Positions 1 through 10,231 of a stretch of 64,000 nt of DNA are shown one piece after another. Below the pieces are notes generated by a model. The model was not told the DNA's origin. It did not search any database and saw only the letters and a program-made list of their open reading frames with translations. Both the position numbers and the translations under genes were made by a program. Within the stretch, counting starts at the first letter, position 1; the number at the start of each line of letters is the position of its first letter. Location: the NCBI RefSeq assembly GCF_001194135.2, contig NC_069003.1, forward strand, positions 37,418,265 to 37,482,264. The letters run 5' to 3'. The stretch is from Octopus bimaculoides (taxonomy: Eukaryota).

Positions 1-1171
1 TATGGATTTAGCTAACAGCAACACAACTGGTGTTTGAAGCATTTGTTAGTGAACCATCCCACACAAGTGTCCAACAGACAACATGTGACATGACTCTATG
101 ACGTCTTCAAATGAATAAGGTAAATGTCTGGACAAAGTCCTGGGAAAAGAGGTATTGGAAAATTATGAAGGGAGAAGAGGTTGAGTAATAGCAAGGAATG
201 AATAAGGAGGAAGCTGGTGAGAAAATCTGAGGTTAGCTGAAGATTGGAAAATGGTTGAGGGGGGGGAACAGGTTGTGTCCTCCCTAAGGTACAGATTTTG
301 ATTGGTTCAAATGAGCTATTTGACTGTTAATTATCTTCAGCCATTTTGTTACCACATACCTGTTGAAATACACCTCCTTTGTTTCAATTAATGTTGAAAA
401 TAAAGGAAGAATTGAGTAAAATAACTCATTATTAGGTTGAATGTTTTGAACATAAATTAACCTGAGAGTTTGATGGAAGCAATTAATGTGGATCACTTTA
501 AACAGGAAGTTTTTATTATAGAACCAGGGAAAGTGGTTTCAGGTAGGTTGGTATCAACAGGGTAATCAATGATATAGTGCAGTATTGATGAATAGCTGTG
601 AGCCATTGATTCTTCAGATGGCAGCAATGTGACATCTATCCATTTATCGGCTTTTCATGTAACACAGTATAGGATAGCATTGTAGTATCATTGTGTTGTG
701 TGATATTGCAAGAGTAGAAATACAGTGTTGTGAAATCCCAAAACCCTTAAAACCTTCTTCTTCACTAGTTTCTGCTCAATCTTCCTTCTCTGATCATCCC
801 CATGTGTTTTTCATTAGTCCTCTCCTGTCCTACATCAATTTTGTTATAATTCTCCAATCTCTGCCTGACCCCTTCCTCAATTAATGTCCCTTCTTTCCTG
901 CACCTGTTCTCCATCACCATTCACATACCATTCCCTCCACTATTCACACACCACCTCTCTTAAACAATTTACAGACAACTTCACCAGTATTTCCATACCA
1001 GATACTCTATTATACATAAAGCAAACCCTCAGCCCTCTTCTATTTCTCCACTGTCCCCACGTGCCACCAATCTCATATTCCACCCACAGTGATCCCTGCT
1101 GCCATTACTAATGTGCTGACTAACAGTCATGTGTTCATACTCGCATTTACTACCGATCTTTCTTTCCACAG

Positions 1172-1288
1172 TCATTGATGTACCCCGCAATGAAGTTGCT
1201 GAAATCTGTGTCCCAGTAGAAAATACTGAAATGTCAATGCTAATTGACCTGGACGGCCAAAAGGCAAAACTCAAAGATCCTGAAGGAG
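1172..1288 (+). CDS. Gene A internal exon (uncharacterised acidic low-complexity protein; 5' end not found)
   Basis: ctttccacAG|tcatt ... gaaggag|GTagct; 117 nt, phase 1-1, open: (V)IDVPRNEVAEICVPVENTEMSMLIDLDGQKAKLKDPEG. Confidence 0.7.
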
Positions 1289-1417
1289 GTAGCTACCAAA
1301 TTATCAAATGTTCTTATTATAAACGTGTGTGTGTGTGTAGATATATAATTGTTGAGGTAAACCACTACAAGTTGGAAATAGAGGAGTAAAATCAAAAGCA
1401 GAACAAAGACAATCGAG

Positions 1418-1695
1418 TATATATATATATATATATATATATATGTCTATATATATATATATATATGTCTATATATATAGGTGTGTGTATGTCTCTCTCT
1501 CTCTCTCTCTNNNNNNNNNNNNNNNNNNNNNNNNNNNNNNNNNNNNNNNNNNNNNNNNNNNNNNNNNNNNNNNNNNNNNNNNNNNNNNNNNNNNNNNNNN
1601 NNNNNNNNNNNNNNNNNNNNNNNNNNNNNNNNNNNNNNNNNNNNNTATATATATATATATATATATATATGTCTATATATATAGGTGTGTGTATG

Positions 1696-1742
<47 letters not shown>

Positions 1743-1765
1743 GTCTATATATATAGGTGTGTATG

Positions 1766-1798
<33 letters not shown>

Positions 1799-1823
1799 GT
1801 CTATATATATAGGTGTGTGTATG

Positions 1824-1860
<37 letters not shown>

Positions 1861-1910
1861 GTCTATATATATAGGTGTGTGTATGTCTCTCTCTCTCTCT
1901 ATATATATAT
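1418..1910. repeat. Compound microsatellite with higher-order unit (TA)n-TGTC-(TA)n-GGTGTGTGTATG-(TC)n, interrupted by gap 1511-1645
   Basis: Unit visibly reiterated several times. Confidence 0.9.
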
Positions 1911-2319
1911 GGCTGTATGTATCTGTCTGTCTGTCTATCTATCTATATAAATATATATACATTATTATATCAACGGCTATTACTATAAGTAATGCTTCAT
2001 GCTGTAATGGGACTCTAAAGTAGTTTGACTTAGGGTCATCCCATTCCAGTGTGAGATGTTATTTATAGTAATAGCCCTCGATATAAAAATGTATTTTATA
2101 TTTAAGGAAAAAATTATATACTTTGTATTAATTTTTCTCTCAAATGGTTTCCCACATTGTTTACTTGATAAATCTTGTATAGATTTTATCCTTTTATTAT
2201 TATTATAATTATATATATGTGTGTGTGTGTGCATGTGCATTCATAGCAACCCCTGTATATACATATTCATATAAACTATAATCTAATTGTCCTCAATCTT
2301 CTTTGTTTACAATGTTCAG

Positions 2320-2904
2320 ATACCTTTGAAATATATGATTCAGAAGAGACGTCTTCAGCCGCTCCCAGCTCAGTGTTGCTGAGCAGCCCCACCTGCCAGT
2401 GTCATGAGGGGGTGGTGCAAGATGACAAAGAAGCTGAACAGAAGTGCATTTGTACCAATTACCACTCCGCTGGTGTCACAACGGAGAGCTCACATTCACC
2501 ATGCTCGGCTGAATCCCCTGTCGATGAAGCTGCAGCCGAGAAGCAAACCTCAAACACGTCGTGCGCCTGCTCTCAACACTCTGACCACCACCACCACCAC
2601 CACCCCTGTCATTGTTTGCAACATGACACCTCCTTCTCCTCCAATGCTCCTCAAGGTGTCCGTATTGGTGGAGGTGGCAATAGTAGTGGTTCTGGTTGTG
2701 AGTCTGTTGCAAGTAATATTACAGGTGGTGCAGTCAGCACAGGTGAAAAAGCTAATGCTGCCACCAATGAGGATAGCAATTATGAAGAGGATAATGAAGT
2801 TACTGCTGGTGGTGGCAAAGATGATGACATTGCTGTTACACAAGTAGAAGAGAAGGATTTCGATGGTGACGATGAAGACAATGCTTCTGCTGGTGATGAT
2901 GTCC
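2320..2904 (+). CDS. Gene A exon (Cys/His-rich then D/E-rich)
   Basis: aatgttcAG|atacc ... gatgtcc|GTgagt; 585 nt, phase 1-1, in frame with ORF 2373..3068. Confidence 0.8.
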
Positions 2905-3099
2905 GTGAGTCTTTGTCAGTTTTTCTTTCATTTCACATTAATTTTTGTTGTGTCTTTCCTTTCTACAGTTTGTTGCATCACCTCCTGTTTTTGTTCACAC
3001 AATCTGATATGTTGAATGTATTTCTGTTATTTGTTCCCCACTTCAGTACTTTCAGTTTGTTATATTGATGGCAGTAATTTGGTACTTCTTCTATCAACC

Positions 3100-3890
3100 T
3101 TTGGAGGAGGAATGGCAATATGGAGCTGGGCAGAAAGGGATGTCATGAAATACTGCTATGTTGTATGTTTTCATTCCATTTCACCACTCCTGCTGTTTAC
3201 CAAATCTTTCCTTAAAAGCCATTGGCCAAACAGGGGCTATAGTAGAAGGGAAGATACTTGCCTAAGGTACTATGATTGCAAAGGGAATTTCTTAACCACA
3301 CACACTTATGCCTGTGCCTTGTTTTTATTTGCTAGGTCTGGAGGAAGGGCTATGCCCATAACCTTAAGTAGACACTCATAGATCAGTGAGATCCTGTTAA
3401 TGTTCTGTGTAAATTATTGCAGTAGGAAGACCTGAGCAACAAAGAGATTGCAAAGAGCCAGTGCTCTGGGGAGGAAGGATTGGACACTATTGTTAGTGCA
3501 GGGGGTGAGGTGGACACAACAAGGCTGAAAAGAAGGGAGAGGTGAGTGGTTTGGGTGCGTGTCGGTGAGTGATTTTATGCCAGTCAGTCTAGTAGCTCTT
3601 CTCTGGATGTAATCCAGAATGTTTGTGTGTGTGTGCAAGGCAGCATGCCTGATAGGGGAGCAATATTTCATTAGGGACCTCAATTGGATTTTATAAAGTG
3701 TCGGTAAGTGTTGAAAGCTGAAATATTTGTGGGCAATGAAGAGAGTAGACACAATACCAATAGTAATTGGCATGCTTGGAAGTACTCAAATACAAACATG
3801 GCTCAAAGAGATTGCAAAGAATGTAAAGATGGAACATCTACAAAAATCAGCGTTCCTTTGAATTGCAAGAATTCTTGGCAGGGTTCATGA
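3100..3890 (-). mobile_element. Decayed non-LTR retrotransposon (Jockey/L2-group-like) RT C-terminal fragment
   Basis: LYKIQLRSLMKYCSPI...LDYIQRRATRL resembles LYKAQIRPxLEYCSxIW...LDRIQxRAxRL; boundaries approximate. Confidence 0.55.
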
Positions 3891-4859
3891 AGCATGACCA
3901 GTAAACAGTCTGCTGGCTGTGGATAGATGACACTTTACATCTTCTAATAATAGTTATTTTGATCAAACTTTTTTGTCAAACTTTACTGACAAACTCTGTC
4001 AGAATCCTTGATTGTTCATGAATCTTGAAAAGATTTTGTGAACTTTTTTGGCTTGTACAAACACAAGTTGATGGGCCCTGGTCTCCTCATTCACTCACAC
4101 AGCATGCTACTCTTACATATCAACCGGCAATAATACAATACAAACCCTTACTCTTACATAATTGATCCCTGATGCTATATTACAGTCCACACTCCACACA
4201 ATAGAAGTGCGATATTGAAAGGGGAAAAATAACATCGGTCGATATAAATGTTGCGGTTAGTTTGCAGGCCCTAAAAATACAAAGGACATTTTTAGTTGTG
4301 ATGGATGTAGAGAATGGAATTAGGGGTAACATGGATTAGGGACTAGAGTATTTCATTAAACTATGGTAAAAGGGCTGACAATGATGACGGTAGCAGCAAT
4401 GAAAGTAATAATGTTGGTGAGTGATGAGGTGTATGAGAGGATAGTAATTATAATGATGATGATGATGGTGATAGACATTGGTTAAATACATACTGGAGGG
4501 ATAGATTTGGACTTGTTGCCAAATTAAAAAAAAACCCCTAAAACTAGAAAATAGAGCTGCTTGTATTTTGGCTGGCTGGTCTAACACTCAACCCTTTATA
4601 ACAGCTTCTGATCCCTTAGATCCTCGGGTGCCTTTAACAGTCATCTATATATTATCCCCATCTTTTGGATGTTCTGGTCAAAAGGATCAACAAACATCAT
4701 GAACTCTGTTCTTTTCACTGAATCTTACAAAGAAAATTCTGAAAAGTTTTCCTCTTTCTATTTTTCTTCTCCCCATCTTTTTCTTTCTACCTGGTTTAAT
4801 ATTCAAATGTGTATACAAACCAATCCCTGCTATCATTACAAACCAATCCCTACCATTAG

Positions 4860-4985
4860 AATCTGAGTCACAACATGAGATCAGTGAAACTGAGCAAGGA
4901 GGAGGACAACAGCAGTCTCCACAAATGGTACTTTACTATCAGAACTCCAATGAAAACAATTCATTGAAGAGAACTTCACCTCAAG
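4860..4985 (+). CDS. Gene A exon
   Basis: taccattAG|aatct ... cctcaag|GTaagg; 126 nt, phase 1-1, SESQHEISETEQGGGQQQSPQMVLYYQNSNENNSLKRTSPQ. Confidence 0.75.
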
Positions 4986-5032
4986 GTAAGGCACATTTAT
5001 TATTATTATTATTGTTGTTGTTGTTTTTTCAA

Positions 5033-5250
5033 GGTGGTGAGCTGGCAGAAATGTTAGCACGCCGGGTGAAACGTTTAGCAGTATTTCGTCTGTCTTTATG
5101 TTCTGAGTTCAAATTCTGCTGAGGTCAACTTTGCCTTTCATCCTTTCAGGGTTGATAAAGTAAGTACCAGTTGCATACTGGGATCGATCTAATTGACTGG
5201 CCCCCTCCCGCAAAATTTTGGGCCTTGTGTCTCGAGTAGAGAAGATTATT
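5033..5250 (+). mobile_element. tRNA-derived SINE (further copies near 47270-47385, 52390-52600, 62020-62380, 62815-62980)
   Basis: ggtggtgagctggcagaa..gttagcac..gagttcaaattc..gaggtcaactttgcctttcatcctttc..ggttgataaa..agtaccagttg recurs several times in the window. Confidence 0.7.
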
Positions 5251-5820
5251 ATTGCTTCTTCTTTTTTGTCTCAACCATGGAACATACCAGCAGGGTGTGG
5301 TTGTGCAGTGTGTCTAGGAGGGTGGTTGTTCCATTTAAGAATCAACTTAGACTGTGACAACTAAAGCAATCCATACCAGCACGGAAGGTGGGCATAAAAT
5401 GATGATGATGATGATGATGATGATTGTTTTAAGGCTTAAGAGACCCTACCATTTATTTTCCTTTCTTCACTCTCAGACGAAGAGTAAGAACAGGAAATGG
5501 TGGAACCTTTTTTATTCTGTATTATCAGCTAAATTCATCAAACTGTTTCCAAAACTTGTCTCATGGGTCAGTTGTAGCTGATGCCACAGACTGACACCAG
5601 TGGTCCCAGGATTCTAGACCTTATTCTTTGTTTTTAATATCATCATCATCATCATCATGATAACAAGGAGGAGGTGGAGAGGGATGAAGAAGAAGCAGAG
5701 GAGGAGGAGAAATATTGCTGATGATGTTAATGTTGATGACAATGGTGAGAGAATGAAAATGTGGTGTTAGATTTGATGATGATGATGATGGTACAGGTAA
5801 CTTTCTTTTGTCTCTTTAAG

Positions 5821-6000
5821 ATTCTGTTTCTCAGGTGTTATATCTCGACACAAATTTACTGAGCATGAAACTAGAGCAGCTTCAACAACAGCAGCAGGAA
5901 GGCCTACAAGTAGAAGAACAAGATCAATCAAAAGAGCAGGAGGATCAGAGTCATGAAAAAAGAAAAGAGAGAGATCTGTTGAGAGCAGACGCCATCCAAG
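5821..6000 (+). CDS. Gene A exon (Q/E-rich)
   Basis: tctctttaAG|attct ... atccaag|GTaatt; 180 nt, phase 1-1, DSVSQVLYLDTNLLSMKLEQLQQQQQE... Confidence 0.75.
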
Positions 6001-6836
6001 GTAATTGTCTAAGGTGGTTAGGGTTAGGGTTAGGGTTATTGTTGTTATGTAGCCCAGGTCAGTCCTGACATGTTGGGAGATAACCAAATGATTGATCTAT
6101 GACCCTACAGATCCATCTTGCCAGATATGCCTCTTCCTTGTTCACCACCAATACTGTTCTCTCTAATAAGCACTGATGAATCCTATATGATGCAGTGTGA
6201 CAGTTGGAACTTATTCTACTCTCTCCACTCTCCACTCAGTTTGCTCATAGATTCTGGTGCTGGTCACAGTAGAGGCGGGCAAAGTGCACTGAGCCAGAGC
6301 GTGACAGTTTCTTTCCCTCTGCACTTGGCAGCATCAAATATTTCAGGTATCAACATCATCCCACCGATGATGTTTGAGTAACTTTTGGTTAGTTAGAAAA
6401 CCAGTTGTTATCAGTGTGCATCCAGAGTAAGTCATTGAGATAAGTTATTACATAACTACTTTTCATTTTGACAGCTTATAAGTGCTGTCTTTATTTAGAC
6501 ATGACTGGTCCTCACACAGAGCACCTTATATAAGCAGTGTTTATCACAACCTAAGTTTGTAGACCACCTACAAAACCACTTCATATTTGAACCATCTTTT
6601 ATTAGAGAATCTATACAACTAGTTCTGATTTAGATCACTGACAAGACCTGTCCTTATTTAATTCACCTACTTCCAAGACCAGTTCCTGTTCACACTACTT
6701 ACACAATTAGCTATAGATTTGCTTACCCTAGTATAAACCAGTCACAGTTCAGCCCAGTTTGCTAGAACTGTGGAGAAATTTTGTCAAGTAGGAAAGGCCG
6801 AGATAAAAATTCATTGAATTCCTTTTCGATTTACAG

Positions 6837-7288
6837 ACACAGACGAGCTGCATGAAATGATGGAACCAGTGCCAGAAGAAGAAGATAATAACACAATTCA
6901 CACCAGCAGAAGTAATAATAACAACAGTGATGGCAATGTGAATGCAACAACAAACAACCACACCAACAACAACGACCACAATAACAACAATACTGGAAAC
7001 ACACCATTAGATCTGGTGCACAAATCAACACAGGCGATGCTGTTGGATGAACAATGTACTGTAGCTAAGGCAGAGATGGGTGCATGCACTTCTGAAAGGG
7101 GCACACAAGTTATTGTAAAGGACATGCAAAAGCAACAGTTGGGCAAGAGCAGGGATTTCAGGAAAAGCAAGAATGAAGAAGACACTGTATCCCTTATCAC
7201 AAAATTTGAGAACTCAGTACTTTGGAAAAATAGCAATCTTGTTCTTCCAGAATCTGCACTGAAGAAACAGAAGACAGCACCATCATAA
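6837..7288 (+). CDS. Gene A terminal coding exon (Asn-rich; KSTQA and RGTQV motifs)
   Basis: cgatttacAG|acaca, phase 1, in frame with ORF 6857..7288, TAA stop; AATAAA at 7372 and 7441. Confidence 0.75.
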
Positions 7289-8924
7289 TTTTGGGGACAC
7301 ATCAACAAGATCCGTTAGACAACTAGACCATCACCTTGGCAAGTAGATCAATTACTCTGCATAATCTCTTCAATAAAAAGATAATCAACTATAACAATGA
7401 TAATGACAACGATGATGATGATGGAGACAATGATTGCAGTAATAAAAATGACATTGGTGTTATCAAGAAGAAAGAGTAATATAGGAAGAGTTAAACTCAT
7501 TTCCTTTTTCTACATGCTCCATCCTCTTACAGTTTAGACTTTTCCCTTCTTCTCTTTGAATTTTAAACAGAGAAGAAAAGAAAAAGTAAGAGAACAATTG
7601 GAGAGACAGGATGAAGAATCTTCTGGTCTGGTTGCAAATAAAACTCACGTCAATGTTTCTATTGTCTCTCTTTGCCATCTCTTCTTCTCAACTTTTTGAT
7701 TTTTCCTTTCCTAATTTCTATCTCTTTGTCTTTTTATTTGTTCATCGTTGTGTGTCCTGGATTCCAGCCATCAATTACACAGAGACATTGAAACTTGCAG
7801 CAGTGTCAGGTCCTTCTTCTTAAGATTGTAAGGTGTGATTTGAGGGTAATTTAGCTGTTATTTCTAGCAGGTTGAGAGATGCTAATAATACTCTTTCCAT
7901 GTTGTGCTTCAGAAGAAGACCCAACAAGCCACATAAAATTGCAGTCATGGCAGATACTGGTGTCACACAAATGGCACCCATGCCACTGGTACGTAAAAGC
8001 ACCCATTACATTCTCTGAGTGGTTGGCTTTTGGAAAGGCATCCAGCCATAGAAAACCATGTCAAATCAGACTGGAGTCTGGCGCAGCCTTCCAGCTAGCC
8101 AGCCCTGGTCAACGGATGCTAAATGAAGATGATGATGAGGATATCACCTTTAACTTTTTCTTGTTTTATCTGAGTTGATCCTAGTTTTCTATGTCTTTAA
8201 AGGATGTTGGAGTTGTATGCAGTCCTTATCCTCACTGTAAATATTTCTTGCTTAGTCAATAAGTTTCTATGGTTGAGTTATATCCTGTCTCACTCTAACT
8301 CCACTCCACCTAGATGTAATATAAATAAATCTTTATAGGTTTTGATGATGAGAATCCAGTTGTTTGATCAGCTGAACACCTAGGCTCATTGCATTCCACT
8401 GACATTTGTACTCTTAATAGAATTTGCATGATCCAGAGCTTTAAATTACAGTTCCAATTCCTCTGATGACTTTTTTCACAGGTTCCATCCACTCGGTTGA
8501 CTCAGGGCCCTGGTAAAAGGTGTCCAAGACATCTTTTAGTAGACAATCATTCAGTATATGTGGTCAGATTATACGCTAGAAACCACAGCAAAATCTCCTC
8601 CAAATCACACACTGTTGCCTTAAATAATGAAAGGACATATCAAGATAATGTTGTCCTAGATACCCCTTCAATACCTTTGATCAAAAGTTTTCTCATTCAG
8701 GGCTGATCCAGGGTTCAGCTTTCTCATAACAACCCTTAATAAATTCAACCACATTTCATTACTTCTCAACAAACAAGCCTTTCTGTGATTGCTTCACTTG
8801 CTAAAAATCACAGCCAATTCTCCTTCGACTTGAACCCTGTTGTCTTAACATTCTGGGGAAAAAAAAAATAGACGGGAGGATCATAGCTGGTCTCACGGTC
8901 ACAAATTTAGGCAAGATAGTTACT

Positions 8925-9250
8925 GGTCTCTTTCCTTGGCTGCAAACGTTGCTTCAGTGTCACAAAACGTGCTTCATATGACATCAATACAGATTTGAGA
9001 CCATGACCACCATCCTTGAGTGAGCCAGTCTATGTCTTCATCGATGTTGAAATTTCCTGAAACACTGGGCAGCTTCTGAGTTCAAACATCTTCTCTCATG
9101 GTGACCGGTTCAGAAGGCTTTGGTAGGCACGAGGACAGTCACTGCAAAGGTGTCGAGGACAATACGCTTGTTGTCAGCTGAGAGTTCAGATGACCATTTT
9201 TTTTTCAACCTCTCGAGATACTTATTCCTTGTCCTCTGCGTTATGTGTAG
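8925..9250 (-). mobile_element. R4/Dong-clade non-LTR retrotransposon fragment (RT C-terminal region, frameshifted)
   Basis: Manual translation: RNKYLERLKKKWSSELSADNKRIVLDTFAV ... SGNFNIDEDID ... KDGGHGLKSVLMSYEARFVTLKQRL. Confidence 0.7.
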
Positions 9251-10178
9251 GTGTGTGCGTGCAGAGAAGGTAAAACGACGAGCTTCTTAGATAAGTCCAT
9301 TAGAAAGGTTCTCAACAATGATACAATAGGCTAAGGTCATTGAGAGAACTTGATGACCGGAAAAGAAATAAATTTTTTTTTAAATGGAAGTGGTGAAGCT
9401 GAAACCAGTGAAGACAGGACGATACACAAATCGCCTAACCAGCTGGCACTAGGGTGACTGGCCAAATAAAGTTGTGTATGGGAAAGGCGGGCATGATGGG
9501 ATGGTCTACGACCGCTGACTCCAAAAGGCATGATACATGAAAATCTAGCTACGCAGAGAGAGAGAGAGAAAGAGAGAGAGGGTGATGTAATTAAGCAAAA
9601 CAAAACAATAAGCATCAAAAGCCATTTACTAAATTTGTCATTTAATTTCATGGATGAAATTAAAATTTTTTATAATGAACTGGAATGTTTTTGGCTTAGG
9701 TTGAACAGACATTGCTTCCGTTGGTTAGCCAGATAGTCCGTTCTTAGACTATTTGGAGACAATATTGATTTTTGGGGGGAGATGTCGGTTCTCTCTTCGG
9801 ATGAAGGACGAAAAGTCATGAAGCAGCTAAAATCGACAAATATATGCAAAATATTCAGGAACTGCGCATTTTCTTTCCTGTCATAAACTATAAATCTCGC
9901 TTTCCTACAGTTTTTGTTTTTTAATCAGCATCAGAATTATTAAATAAATAAAGCAAACAAGTTATCGAAACTCGAACGTTTCCCTCCATCGCTTCGACCG
10001 TTAAATGAAAGCGTCTCATCTCACGCGCATTCTTATTTACCTCCCTTGAACCATTGGACCCCGCTTTGCGCTCATACTCTTTCCCCGTCTCTATCCTCAA
10101 TCTCCCTTCACCTTTCTGCATCTATCTATCTGTCTGCCAATTATTTAACTAGCTCTCTCTCTATCTATCTATCTATCG

Positions 10179-10231
<53 letters not shown>

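Noticed and set aside
1443-1874. ORFs rich in YI/SL/CV/HT dipeptides (also near 23.5-23.9, 28.2-28.6 and 42.3-42.7 kb)
   Set aside because: Translations of (TA)n, (TC)n and (CA)n microsatellites; not coding.
2404-2847. Alternative-frame and antisense ORFs over gene A exon 2 (and 6898-7308 antisense to the last exon)
   Set aside because: Shadows of the low-complexity coding frame; splice phases support only the 2320-2904 and 6837-7288 frames.
5835-6000. Acceptor tctcAG|gtg at 5834 for gene A exon 4
   Set aside because: In phase 1 it runs into a TGA; the acceptor at 5820 restores the open frame.
7570-7624. Possible extra exon RRKEKVREQLERQDEESS after gene A
   Set aside because: Good acceptor but open only in phase 0, downstream of gene A's stop and polyA signals, and the donor is poor.
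9130-9200. SSELSADNKRIVLDTF first looked like a globin A-helix
   Set aside because: Flanking translation fits an R4/Dong retrotransposon RT C-terminus.
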